A stretch of 39,987 nt of DNA, taken from IMG/VR virus record IMGVR_UViG_2639762563_000001, positions 1 through 39,987 of that record. The stretch is one strand, 5' to 3'. The notes under the pieces were generated by a model. The model was not told the DNA's origin. It saw only the letters and a program-made list of their open reading frames with translations, and searched no databases. Shown here in pieces: positions 19,430-28,560 of this stretch. Every line of letters starts with the position of its first letter. Position 1 is the first letter of the stretch. Both the position numbers and the translations under genes were made by a program. Source of the DNA: a virus.

Positions 19430-19909
19430 ATGAGTGACGAACAAACCGACAATATCGGGCTTACACAGCCTGAAATCGGAAAGCCAGAGGGCTGGGGAAT
19501 AGACTGGAACGAAAATGCCGCCGAGATCGATAGCCAGATAACGATTCTCGACACCGATAGTTCGAAAGGCAACTATACAGCCCACAGTACAGCGCTGTAC
19601 GTCGCAACGGACACGGGGAAGATCTATCGAGGCAACGGATCGAACTGGCAGCTCATCGACCTCCAAGTCGATGAGTTAGTCGCAGCCAGCGCAACGCTGG
19701 GGGCAACGACGCTCCAGGCGACACTCGACGCGAACGGGAACAACATCTCCAACGCTGGGGAAGTCGATGCCTCGAGCGCGTCTAACAGCCTTGCTGAAGA
19801 CGTCCGCACGAACGACAGCGTCGCATCCAACCTCGAGAACCGAACGAGCGACCCGAGTGACGATCCGAACGACACTGGTCGGCAGTGGTACCGGACCGAT
19901 CTCGACTAA
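19430..19909 (+). CDS. Short tail fibre-like protein
   Basis: ALYVATDTGKIYRGNGSNW and terminal RTSDPS...WYRTDLD motifs resemble haloviral fibre proteins. Confidence 0.5.
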   Translation: MSDEQTDNIGLTQPEIGKPEGWGIDWNENAAEIDSQITILDTDSSKGNYTAHSTALYVATDTGKIYRGNGSNWQLIDLQVDELVAASATLGATTLQATLDANGNNISNAGEVDASSASNSLAEDVRTNDSVASNLENRTSDPSDDPNDTGRQWYRTDLD

Positions 19910-19923
19910 GAGAGACGATTCCT

Positions 19924-20544
19924 ATGAGAACACAAGACATCGAACGGACAGCAGCACAGCTCCGCAGAGTAACGCGACAGGCAGAGCAGATCGTCGACGA
20001 AGCACGCACGATCGACGACGCGGGCTTCGACGTCTCCTCGGCAGCGAAGATCCTCGAGCAGCAGCAGGAACTGGCGGACGATCTCGCTCAGGCGATGGCG
20101 AACTACAACGCGCTTCTCGCTCGAGCAAACTCCGTCGCACCAGAGCAACAGACGTGGATCCCTGGTCGGGATGCGTTCGCACTGACCCATGACGAGAGTT
20201 CTACCGACGTCGAGATCGCGTACTCGGCGCCGGAGTCGATCGACGCCGCGGACGTCGTCGTCACACTCGACGGACAGGAGATCGATCCGTTTGCGACCGA
20301 AACGATCGCGGACGGAGACACTGCGACGGTTGATGTGTCCGGCGCCGAGGAGCTGGTCGTCGAGTGGACGGCTGAGGAAGATCGGTTGGATGAGATCGAC
20401 CTTCGGGACTGGACTGAGATTCTGGACGATGCTGAGGCCGACACGCCGGAGTTTAAGTGTTCGACGATGGAGCTCCCAGAGCACGACTTGAGCAGCACAG
20501 CGCGGACGTTCTCGACGTCGCTTGATGTCTCGACCGAGGGGTAA
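19924..20544 (+). CDS. Hypothetical protein with N-terminal coiled coil and acidic beta domain
   Basis: ORF within the tail-tip cluster. Start chosen at ATG 19924. Confidence 0.6.
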   Translation: MRTQDIERTAAQLRRVTRQAEQIVDEARTIDDAGFDVSSAAKILEQQQELADDLAQAMANYNALLARANSVAPEQQTWIPGRDAFALTHDESSTDVEIAYSAPESIDAADVVVTLDGQEIDPFATETIADGDTATVDVSGAEELVVEWTAEEDRLDEIDLRDWTEILDDAEADTPEFKCSTMELPEHDLSSTARTFSTSLDVSTEG

Positions 20545-20546
20545 CG

Positions 20547-21617
20547 ATGGCTCAGATTGGGACAATAAACCTGCAGACAGCCAGTGGGATCGTCGAGGTC
20601 CCGGTATTCGAGATCGCCGACGTAGATTATCCTGTGTGGCGGGTGCAGACCGCGAACGGGATCGGGGCGATCAACGTCGTCGACGTCTCCGAAGCGGAGT
20701 TAGATCAGCTCCGAATCCAGACTGGTCAGGGAATCATGGCCGTCTCGACGGAGATCAATGACTCTCCCAGTCTATCTGGTATAGTCGCGTATGGATCGAT
20801 TGACGATAACACGTACGTACACGATCTCTCGGATTTTTCGTTGGTCGAGACACTGACCGAATCGGGGGGTGGGGTTTATGAAGTTGCACTCTCTGACCAG
20901 TACGTTGCATATGGAAGTCAAGACAGCAACACGTACATTCACAACCTCTCGGATGGGTCACTAGTCGCGACACTGACCGAATCATCAGGCGGCATTCGGG
21001 GGGTCGCACTCTCTGACCAGTACATTGCGTACGGCGGGTTAGATAACAATGTATATGTTCATGATCTCTCGGATTTTTCGCTAGTCGCGACACTGACCGA
21101 ATCGTCGGACGCCGTGTTAGGTGTTGCATTATCTGATCAGTACATTGCATATGGAGGGTTAGACGATAACACGTACGTACACGATCTCTCGGATTGGTCG
21201 TTGGTCGAGACACTAACTGAATCGGCAGACCTCGTGCGCGGGGTCGCACTCTCTGACCAGTACATTGTATATGGCGGGTACGATAACAATGCATACGTTC
21301 ATGATCTCTCGGATTGGTCGCTGGTTGAGACATTGACCGAGTCGGGCGATAACGTGTGGGTATTTGCATTATCTAATCAGTACATTGCATATGGGAGTGA
21401 TGACAACAACACGTACGTACACGATCTCTCGGATTGGTCGTTGGTCGAGACACTAACTGAATCGTCGGACGGCGTTCGTGGGGTCGCACTGTCTGGCCAG
21501 TATATCGCGTATGGAGGAGTTGATCAAAATACGTACGTGCATGACCTCTCGGATTGGTCGTTGGTTGAGACACTCATAGAGTCAAGCGACACCGTGCAGA
21601 GTGTCTCGCTAATTTAA
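20547..21617 (+). CDS. Putative receptor-binding protein with 7 WD40-like repeats (beta-propeller)
   Basis: ~75-aa N-terminal domain followed by seven 40-aa repeats such as IAYGSDDNNTYVHDLSDWSLVETLTESSDGVRGVALSGQY. Confidence 0.8.
   Translation: MAQIGTINLQTASGIVEVPVFEIADVDYPVWRVQTANGIGAINVVDVSEAELDQLRIQTGQGIMAVSTEINDSPSLSGIVAYGSIDDNTYVHDLSDFSLVETLTESGGGVYEVALSDQYVAYGSQDSNTYIHNLSDGSLVATLTESSGGIRGVALSDQYIAYGGLDNNVYVHDLSDFSLVATLTESSDAVLGVALSDQYIAYGGLDDNTYVHDLSDWSLVETLTESADLVRGVALSDQYIVYGGYDNNAYVHDLSDWSLVETLTESGDNVWVFALSNQYIAYGSDDNNTYVHDLSDWSLVETLTESSDGVRGVALSGQYIAYGGVDQNTYVHDLSDWSLVETLIESSDTVQSVSLI
20784..21614 (+). repeat. Seven tandem 120-bp coding repeats
   Basis: The core CTCTCGGAT recurs in blocks starting at 20821, 20941, 21061, 21181, 21301, 21421 and 21541. 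Confidence 0.95.
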
Positions 21618-21635
21618 TCCGAAACTCTCACCATC

Positions 21636-23606
21636 ATGAGTGGCTACAAATTCGAATTCCTTCTCGAGGGAGAGACGAAAACCATCTCCCCAGACGAGAG
21701 TATCGCCCCGAACCTCCCGATCAGCCTGTCGGCGGCGGACGAGTGGAGCGTCCAAACTCAGTATCGGGCAGATCTCTCTGGGTTCGAGCTCGCCGACGCC
21801 AAAGTCTACTGGGTCGATGACGACGACGTCGAACACTTGATCTACCGGGGAGAGGTCGACATCACGGAGGGCGACCCGGACGGCCTGATGACCGTCCGCG
21901 GACAGGACCTCACAGGCCTGTTGAAACGCGGCGGTGCGCAGGTTCATTACCAGAGCATCGCTGGCTACGAGGCGATCAGGGACTACGCCAACACGTATCT
22001 CACCGACTGGGAGTGGGACGTGCTCGAGCCCGAGCCGGAGCTCGTCGACGAAGGCCTCCTGCTCCAGGACGCTCCGTCGGCCGAAGATCTCAGCGCAGTG
22101 TTCCCGCTCGAGGAGCAGGACTTTGACCCTGCCGCCCACCCGATCACGCTAGATCAGGATGTGTATTTTTTACAGCGAACAGGAATCGTTTCAATAGACG
22201 CTGGAGACTCAGACGGCCCAACAGATCCGCAGTACACGGGCGGTTCTGCACAGGATACGTCTGATAGTCCCATCACTCATCTGATGGGGTTCTTCGCGTA
22301 CGATATCCCCACGGAACATATTGGCTTTGCAGTCCGCGAAGGGATCTTCGGCCCAGATACGGGAGACATCACGTACTCGGCGGCGGACGGAACCTTCCAG
22401 GAAGTAACTGTCCGAGACAATATTAGCGAGAGTACGTCTCCCCGATGGGTCGATCTCTCGAGCGCTATGCAGGATTTCTGGGATGGACGCAGTGGCGATG
22501 TCGGCGGCAATATAGAGATCACACAATCCGGCGGCACGGATCCCTACGTCGCCGATGCGGTCGTGTATTTCGACAAGCGATTCCACGACTTCGACAACTT
22601 TGACAACGACGTCCACGAACCTGGCGGACATCTGGACCGGCCGTACGAGTACCCCTCCCCCGAGAAACCCGTTATTTTGGTGGCAGTCGACGTTTCAACG
22701 TCGACGAACATAACTCGTGCGTACGTCAATGGCGACGTAAATGATGCGAACGGACTGCTCGAAATGGGAGTATCCTTCGGAGAGGAGCCCGTCCAGACAG
22801 AGGCCAATACGGCCAGCGCCGAGTTCGGGTCAGACACCGATACGATGACCGTTAATGGACAGGTCGCACTCGGTATACGGACTGATTTAGATCCGCAGGA
22901 CGACACCCCTCGCTATGGATATGATGGCCAGATATTCGATGGCTGGGAACTCAGCGTCGACACGAACGACCTCCGCGTGATCGAAGATCTCGAGCTGGTC
23001 GGCAATCACTACGAGAACTTTGGCGACCTGCACGACGAAGTGGGGATGGCGTTCCTCCCAGCGTCGATCGACTTCTCGAGTCAAAACCCTGAGCCGACCT
23101 GGCCCGAAGATGGCCTCGAGGGAGCGTCGTTCACTCCCGGTCAGATCCAACTCGAGTCGGACTGGCGGCGACTCGCGAAAACGAAGAAGCGAGATATGCG
23201 TGACTACGCGAACGTCCTCAAAGGATTCGGTGAACCGGATAGCGAGGGCGAGCGGATCGAGGTCGAGATCCGACTCAGCGATGAGATCGCCGAACATGGA
23301 GAAGTCCCTGGCCCGCCAGTGGTGAGTGACGCGACGACGCTCGCTGAACTGACTGTCGAGACGCGAAACGAACTGTTCAATCTGGCCAGCGTCGATCGAA
23401 CGACGGGCTCGCTCGAGGTCGCCCCGAAGGTCGTCTGGCCCGGCTTTGCCTATCATGTCGAGATCTTCGACGAGGTCCTCACACTCGAGACGTCGACGCT
23501 CCAGGATGGCAGCCAAGCGCAGACCGAGCTCGAGTTCGAGGAAGGCGTCTCGATCGAATCGATATTCGGGTCGATCCGGCAGAACGTCCGCCGGTCGACG
23601 CGGTGA
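21636..23606 (+). CDS. Large minor tail (hub/Tal-like) protein
   Basis: 656 aa, last gene of the tail cluster. LIYRGEVD...MTVRGQDLTGLL resembles hub N-termini. Confidence 0.55.
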   Translation: MSGYKFEFLLEGETKTISPDESIAPNLPISLSAADEWSVQTQYRADLSGFELADAKVYWVDDDDVEHLIYRGEVDITEGDPDGLMTVRGQDLTGLLKRGGAQVHYQSIAGYEAIRDYANTYLTDWEWDVLEPEPELVDEGLLLQDAPSAEDLSAVFPLEEQDFDPAAHPITLDQDVYFLQRTGIVSIDAGDSDGPTDPQYTGGSAQDTSDSPITHLMGFFAYDIPTEHIGFAVREGIFGPDTGDITYSAADGTFQEVTVRDNISESTSPRWVDLSSAMQDFWDGRSGDVGGNIEITQSGGTDPYVADAVVYFDKRFHDFDNFDNDVHEPGGHLDRPYEYPSPEKPVILVAVDVSTSTNITRAYVNGDVNDANGLLEMGVSFGEEPVQTEANTASAEFGSDTDTMTVNGQVALGIRTDLDPQDDTPRYGYDGQIFDGWELSVDTNDLRVIEDLELVGNHYENFGDLHDEVGMAFLPASIDFSSQNPEPTWPEDGLEGASFTPGQIQLESDWRRLAKTKKRDMRDYANVLKGFGEPDSEGERIEVEIRLSDEIAEHGEVPGPPVVSDATTLAELTVETRNELFNLASVDRTTGSLEVAPKVVWPGFAYHVEIFDEVLTLETSTLQDGSQAQTELEFEEGVSIESIFGSIRQNVRRSTR

Positions 23607-23653
23607 CGTTCGCGAACGATACTCTTTTCGTGGGTACAGTCAAATTTAATGAT

Positions 23654-24163
23654 ATGATCCGGAGACGATACCTCGCAGGGTGTGCTGGGGTTGCTGCAGT
23701 CGGTGGGTGTCTTGGATCGGGCGAATCAGACAGTAGCCCGCCAGAAGATCCGCGTGAACAGGTCGGGCACTACATCGAAGAGGGAGCGAACAACGATGGG
23801 GCGTTCGTCGAAGAGGTCGGCGATATCGTCTCTGTGGAGGCAGACAGTGGCGACGGTTACAACGCGTCACTCGAATGCGAACTCGAATACCGCTCGAGCG
23901 ACCAACCGGACTCGGCGTACGAAGAGAACGCCAATTGGACGGCGTACTACGTCTTCAAGTCCGTCTTCGAGCAAGATCTGGACGTCGAACAGCTGCTGAT
24001 CACAGCCTACGTCCCTACAGTCGACCAGCAAGGGAGCGAAGAAGATACAGTCATCTCGGAAATCATGATGACCGGCGAGACAGCTGCAGAGATCACATGG
24101 GACAATATCGGCGCTGAGGAGATCCCGGCAAATGCAGATCAGTACTCGTTCGATCCAGTTTAA
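23654..24163 (+). CDS. Tat-exported lipoprotein (moron)
   Basis: MIRRRYLAGCAGVAAVGGCLG contains a twin-arginine motif and a lipobox Cys. Confidence 0.8.
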   Translation: MIRRRYLAGCAGVAAVGGCLGSGESDSSPPEDPREQVGHYIEEGANNDGAFVEEVGDIVSVEADSGDGYNASLECELEYRSSDQPDSAYEENANWTAYYVFKSVFEQDLDVEQLLITAYVPTVDQQGSEEDTVISEIMMTGETAAEITWDNIGAEEIPANADQYSFDPV

Positions 24164-24262
24164 CCAGCACTCGAGAGCGACGAGTACCTGATTCAGGACT
24201 GACCCCTTTCTGAATATAAAAACATCGTGGCGGATCGATCTCACGCTCGGACGGCAGGACGG

Positions 24263-24598
24263 TTAGGCGTCGGTATTTTGAATTTTAGTAATCACGAAGT
24301 CAATCATAAGGAACGTCGTCGAGGCTCCGATGAGGGCCAAGAGCAGATTGGATTCTGCTGCAATTGCTACTATCGGGCCGACTATCTCAACCACAAGTGA
24401 GGAGATCTCGATACTGATGACATTCGTAAACACCATAGAAGCGCCCTCGCCCAAGAGAGGGGAGACAAACGCTAATGCGGCAGTTGAAGCATTTGCAAGG
24501 GATTCTACGGATGTAAAGCCCAGTCCTCCACTGAGAAGATACGCGAGTAAAGCCGCGGCTGGAACGCCGAGTATCTCCTTTCGTGATGGTTTTTGCAT
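24263..24598 (-). CDS. Multi-TM membrane protein (accessory)
   Basis: Mostly hydrophobic 111 aa in AT-richer DNA. Confidence 0.65.
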   Translation of the reverse strand: MQKPSRKEILGVPAAALLAYLLSGGLGFTSVESLANASTAALAFVSPLLGEGASMVFTNVISIEISSLVVEIVGPIVAIAAESNLLLALIGASTTFLMIDFVITKIQNTDA

Positions 24599-24922
24599 AC
24601 CGTCATGTGATAGCGAATTGATGTAAACTTTATGTGGAATACCCAGTAGCTTGCTTCTCCACTCTCATTCCCCATCAACAAGCAAGCAGGTTCCCGTTCG
24701 ACGTCCTGACACTCGAGGAGTCGAATCCACTTTTAGCAAAATCCCTTTGGAGCAGTGCCATCGTACATAGATAATCTCTCTAGGCAGAATGTGATGTTAG
24801 GATGAAACTAGTAGTATCCTACTAATGCTCACCTTTAGCAAATTAAAGACGACCTTCCTCCTTTGAACTGTCTCTTCCCCTTATATGAGGTTGGTATCTA
24901 TGAAAGTCTGCCGTTGGAGACT

Positions 24923-25102
24923 ACCCTACCACGTTTCCCACAGGTGGGGTGTTTATCAACGGATAGCTGTGGGTATGATCAACCAGATAACACTCCAGTT
25001 CACGACTGTCGTATTGCTTGCTGTGAATACAGCGATCGCACTACTCGATCTATATTGTCGAAAATAGGCCGGTAAACGGAACCGACCCTACCACGTTTCC
25101 CA
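24923..25102 (+). repeat. Perfect 18-bp direct repeat ACCCTACCACGTTTCCCA at 24923-24940 and 25085-25102
   Basis: Read directly from the sequence. Confidence 0.85.
24975..25067 (+). CDS. Possible 30-aa single-TM peptide
   Basis: MINQITLQFTTVVLLAVNTAIALLDLYCRK, with TTTATC just upstream. Lies between the 18-bp repeats. Confidence 0.4.
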   Translation: MINQITLQFTTVVLLAVNTAIALLDLYCRK

Positions 25103-25143
25103 TTTACTCGAACGACGGCATTTCTTTTATAGATTTGCCCCAG

Positions 25144-25313
25144 TCACAACACCTGATGAACCGCTTCTGCAGGGGCGATGTCGTATTCAACGAGGCGATC
25201 AGCTGCCAACTGCCACGCGTAGTTCGCGAGCTCGGGGTTGGCGTCTTCGAACTGGACTGAGAAGCGAGTCAATGCCACTGCGATCAGGAATCGTCGTCTC
25301 GTTCTCCGGACAT
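25144..25313 (-). pseudogene. Small acidic protein gene apparently broken by a 1-nt frameshift
   Basis: TTTATAT lies at -31 to -25 from ATG 25313. MSGERDDD continues in another frame as FLIAVALTRFSVQFEDANPELANYAWQLAADRLVEYDIAPAEAVHQVL. Span is 170 nt. Confidence 0.45.
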
Positions 25314-26232
25314 TGGGGTGTCTGGCCGCGGCTTCTCATATAAACTTTCGCAGAAGGGGGGTGTTGGATGGAGCGTGTTTCTGAAAGCGCGCACGGGAAG
25401 AAGGGCGATGTGGTGTGTCAATCGATCTGTTTGGCAACAACAGATGCCCCCATTCCTCCCCGTTTGCAATTGTACCTCACGAACACACTGCTATCAATCT
25501 TTTCGCCAGTTTGATATGATGATTTCTGTTGGAAACCAGTTTTAGCGTCTTTCGACAAGACTCATGGTCCGACTGGGAGAAGGAAAGAACGCCAGGCGGG
25601 ACGTGTATCGACATATGGGGGAGAGTCTATACACTCCTGGTGTAGGTGGACATCGCAGTGCGATGGATATCAGTCTCTGGGCGATATCGAGCCGTGAGTT
25701 CTACTGTCGTAGTAAGGGACCAATGGAGCGTGACGCTGAGTGCACCCGGGAAGAAATGGTGGCGTGATGTGTTGATGGTAGGACGAGGTAGGTGACAACG
25801 ACAAAACCCCCTTTCACTCTTCCCGGTTGCAGTTAGGTGTTCGTCTGAAGATAGTTAATATTATTGTATTGTTGATACTAATGCAGGATAGAAATCGGTG
25901 ATGGCGACGCTCTGCTCGAGGGATGAGAGAGAACGCCAGGTGGGGATGGCTGTTGGGCGGAGACCCACACAGACCTGGCGTGCATCCCTAGACAATGTCA
26001 AACAATATAACTATCAGGGTGTGTGAGAAGGCAAAGCTCTCGACGAACGGCAAGGACACATTGGGAGAGGGGGGTTTCTCCCTACGCAGTTGGCCTAGGC
26101 GCTATCTCCTACGTAAACGTATTTGCCGCTGAATTACAGATTTCAGTGTCTTTTATCGGTAGTTTTCGAAATCGGAATTGTTGGAACCGCCCCAGATAGG
26201 CTTTCGCTATAGGGCACGAGACACACCGGCGT

Positions 26233-26559
26233 ATGCGCGCACACGAACGCGGGCGTTTAGTGCTCAAACACGAGCTCTCGAAGTACTATCTTCGGGTCCG
26301 TGATCACGACATCTCGAGTATCGTCCGTCGGCTGCAGAAGGGCTTCGTCGACGGGGAGTTTCTGGGACTTCGAAATCGCGGCTTCGAGGCGATCGTCTTC
26401 CAGAGATCGTACCACGGGTTCGGGAAGATCATCTCGTACCAGGTGCTGGATTCAGGGCACACCACCTGGGATGAGGTTCTCTGCAAGACTAACGATCCGA
26501 CGGAGTGGCTCGAGAACCATCGCGACGATCTCGAGTGGGTTCACTACGAATGGCGATAA
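26233..26559 (+). CDS. Hypothetical protein
   Basis: 108-aa ORF with return to host-like GC-rich codons. Confidence 0.7.
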   Translation: MRAHERGRLVLKHELSKYYLRVRDHDISSIVRRLQKGFVDGEFLGLRNRGFEAIVFQRSYHGFGKIISYQVLDSGHTTWDEVLCKTNDPTEWLENHRDDLEWVHYEWR

Positions 26560-26617
26560 ATCTCTCTACGCAGGCTACAAAATAGTGAAGTAGGGTTGGG
26601 GCACTTCACTGCTGTTC

Positions 26618-26764
26618 TTATTCCTCATCGCTGTTTCCGCTTCGGAGTCGACGCGCGGCCTTCTTCATCGCAGTTATCGGGCCAAGATTTGGCGAGTTTG
26701 TCACACGCTCCGTCCCTCTCGACCTCTTCCGCGACTTCTCTGAGTTTTTGTCACTCGAGGTCAT
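26618..26764 (-). CDS. 48-aa basic peptide (not in ORF track)
   Basis: MTSSDKNSEKSRKRSRGTERVTNSPNLGPITAMKKAARRLRSGNSDEE, with TTATAT about 25 nt upstream (leaderless geometry). Confidence 0.5.
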   Translation of the reverse strand: MTSSDKNSEKSRKRSRGTERVTNSPNLGPITAMKKAARRLRSGNSDEE

Positions 26765-26835
26765 CACATCTTCTACTACGGTGTCCAGAATATAAGCCTT
26801 ATTGCCGACATTAAGAGAGGGGAGATAATTTTAGT

Positions 26836-27450
26836 TCAGTCGCTGATGCGAGCGTAGAAACTATCGGCATTCCAGATTACCCAATCAAGGAAAATGAGAA
26901 TTGATGATGTAACCAAGAACGTGAGATAAATAATTCCCTCATTTTCGTATCCAGATAGTCCGAGTGCGCCGCCTCCTAACAGCAGCACAATCCCATTAAA
27001 CGCAGAGGCGATCGCTATCGTGATGAGATATGAATTGAAATCCCCCATGTTTCTATTGTGGACTATCCATTCTTTATATAACTCTGTTACCTCGTCATTG
27101 AACTCTTCCGAGGAATCGATCTCTCCCTCTTCAACATCCTCTATAATCTTGGGGCTAACACCGAGGTCGTAGCTAGATGAGGTGTACGTGATTGATGCAA
27201 AAAATGTCGATAGAACTAGGAAAAATAGACACCCATAAGACCAGATATTGAAGAACGGTGCGACCTCGATCCCATCACGATTCAAAATTATCGTCAATGC
27301 CGTGAGCAATACCCCCATAAGGAGGAGGTTAAGACGAAATATTCCAACAGCCTTCTTATCGACATTATGTATTCGAGTAATGTGGTGGTCGACTGTATAC
27401 CGCGCTTCTCGGCAAACACAGTCTCCGACAGCACGGTCCTCATCGCTCAT
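26836..27450 (-). CDS. Four-TM membrane protein (204 aa)
   Basis: Likely start ATG 27450 with TTATTT about 30 nt upstream. Topology is two TMs, an acidic loop, two TMs. Confidence 0.75.
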   Translation of the reverse strand: MSDEDRAVGDCVCREARYTVDHHITRIHNVDKKAVGIFRLNLLLMGVLLTALTIILNRDGIEVAPFFNIWSYGCLFFLVLSTFFASITYTSSSYDLGVSPKIIEDVEEGEIDSSEEFNDEVTELYKEWIVHNRNMGDFNSYLITIAIASAFNGIVLLLGGGALGLSGYENEGIIYLTFLVTSSILIFLDWVIWNADSFYARISD

Positions 27451-27514
27451 TGGTCCAAAGACTGATAGTACAACCTCAAATAACTTTCGGCGGTGTGCTA
27501 TCTGGGGCAGAGGA

Positions 27515-28150
27515 TTACCGGTTAAGCATCGCGTCTTTCGCCTTTTGGATCCGTTTGTATTCCTCAACATCAGGGGCGTCACTGTCGGGGTGGACGTCCG
27601 CCGACTTTCGTCTCGCGACAGCCTTGACGACGTCGTCGGATGCGTCGGGGGAGATCTCGAGAATCTCGTGTGGTTCCTCCTGAAACTCGTCGTCACTCGA
27701 GGCCGGCGGCGCGGCGATCGCGTCCTCATTAGCTGGCGGCAACCGCGCCGTCGCGAACTCCGACTGCCCGGTCGTCACTGGCCGATTCTCCATCTTGCGC
27801 TTTTCGCGGAGGTACAGCCCGATCGCACGGGTGTTATCACGGACACGCGTATAGTGATCGCACGCGATCGCGTAGTCCTCGCCATCGTCAGTCCAGCGGA
27901 GTGCAACGCCGGGATCCTCGGGTTCGGCAGCGCTAGCATAGGGGAGGCCGTCGGTCTTCCGTTGGGGCATCGCGGTCTCGAGTCGCCAGTCGTCGACGTC
28001 GAGGCGATCCATCTCGCGCTTGATGTCCTTGATCGCGTTCCCGAGTGTGACGTCGAACTTGGTGGTCCGTTCACGATTCGTTGAATCGGTTCGCTCGAGC
28101 TCAGTGGGCCAGTCGAGACGGGAGTTCCCGTTGGTGGCTGCACTACTCAT
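27515..28150 (-). CDS. J-domain (DnaJ-like C-terminal domain) protein
   Basis: PHEILEISPDAS...DVHPD...YKRIQKAKDAML J-domain with intact HPD. N-terminal LDWP motif. Confidence 0.85.
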   Translation of the reverse strand: MSSAATNGNSRLDWPTELERTDSTNRERTTKFDVTLGNAIKDIKREMDRLDVDDWRLETAMPQRKTDGLPYASAAEPEDPGVALRWTDDGEDYAIACDHYTRVRDNTRAIGLYLREKRKMENRPVTTGQSEFATARLPPANEDAIAAPPASSDDEFQEEPHEILEISPDASDDVVKAVARRKSADVHPDSDAPDVEEYKRIQKAKDAMLNR

Positions 28151-28385
28151 TGGAATCACTGTCTTCGCAGACCACGTCGCGGAGTTCCTCGAGTAGTTCC
28201 GGGTGGTGTTCTTCGAGTACTTCGATGTCCTTTGTCAGTTCGTCGTTGATCCGAGACCGTACACGCGAGATGGACTGAAGGCGCTGTGACTCCGAAGCGT
28301 CTGCTTCGCCCGAGATGTACTCGCGGTCCGTGTCCGTCATGATTGCACGGTACCGTCCCATTCTGGGTGTTTTATTTTGCGCCAT
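28143..28385 (-). CDS. Small helical regulator, divergent from early operon 1 (putative repressor)
   Basis: RAIMTDTDREYISG...SRVRSRI...HPELLEELRDVVC pattern of small haloarchaeal mobile-element regulators, plus divergent position. Confidence 0.6.
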   Translation of the reverse strand: MAQNKTPRMGRYRAIMTDTDREYISGEADASESQRLQSISRVRSRINDELTKDIEVLEEHHPELLEELRDVVCEDSDSNE

Positions 28386-28421
28386 TGCAAATGAAGCTTC
28401 TTTCTCAGCTCCCTAAAACTT

Positions 28422-28475
28422 TGCGCCTATGCATACATTTGCATTGCTGCAAAACATTTAATATGCACTGGTGCA
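28422..28475. promoter_or_regulatory. Three TGCR-N4-TGCA palindromic operator-like sites around a TATA box
   Basis: TGCGCCTATGCA 28422-28433, TGCATTGCTGCA 28440-28451, TGCACTGGTGCA 28464-28475. TTTAAT at 28457-28462. Confidence 0.6.
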
Positions 28476-28488
28476 AAGTAGTGACTGT

Positions 28489-28549
28489 GAAGCACGGGAC
28501 GCCTCAGAGAATCTGAGGCCGGTGTTCCAGCACCGACCTCTCGTGCTTC
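28489..28549 (+). ncRNA. Structured 5' leader (three-way junction), copy 1
   Basis: 11-bp outer stem 28489-28499/28539-28549 with one G-U, hairpin GCCTCAGA-GAA-TCTGAGGC, hairpin CGGTG-TTCCAG-CACCG. Confidence 0.6.
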
Positions 28550-28560
28550 GGTGAGAAGCA

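Noticed and set aside
20784-21614. The repeat array as a CRISPR array or DGR
   Set aside because: The repeats are contiguous in-frame coding units without spacers. There is no reverse transcriptase or adenine-specific template/variable pair.
24685-24735. tRNA-like or att fragment (GGAGTCGAATCC)
   Set aside because: It does not match the T-loop consensus and no cloverleaf can be folded.
27451-27729. N-terminal extension of ORF 26836-27729
   Set aside because: It overlaps the J-domain gene in another frame. A TATA-like box points to ATG 27450.
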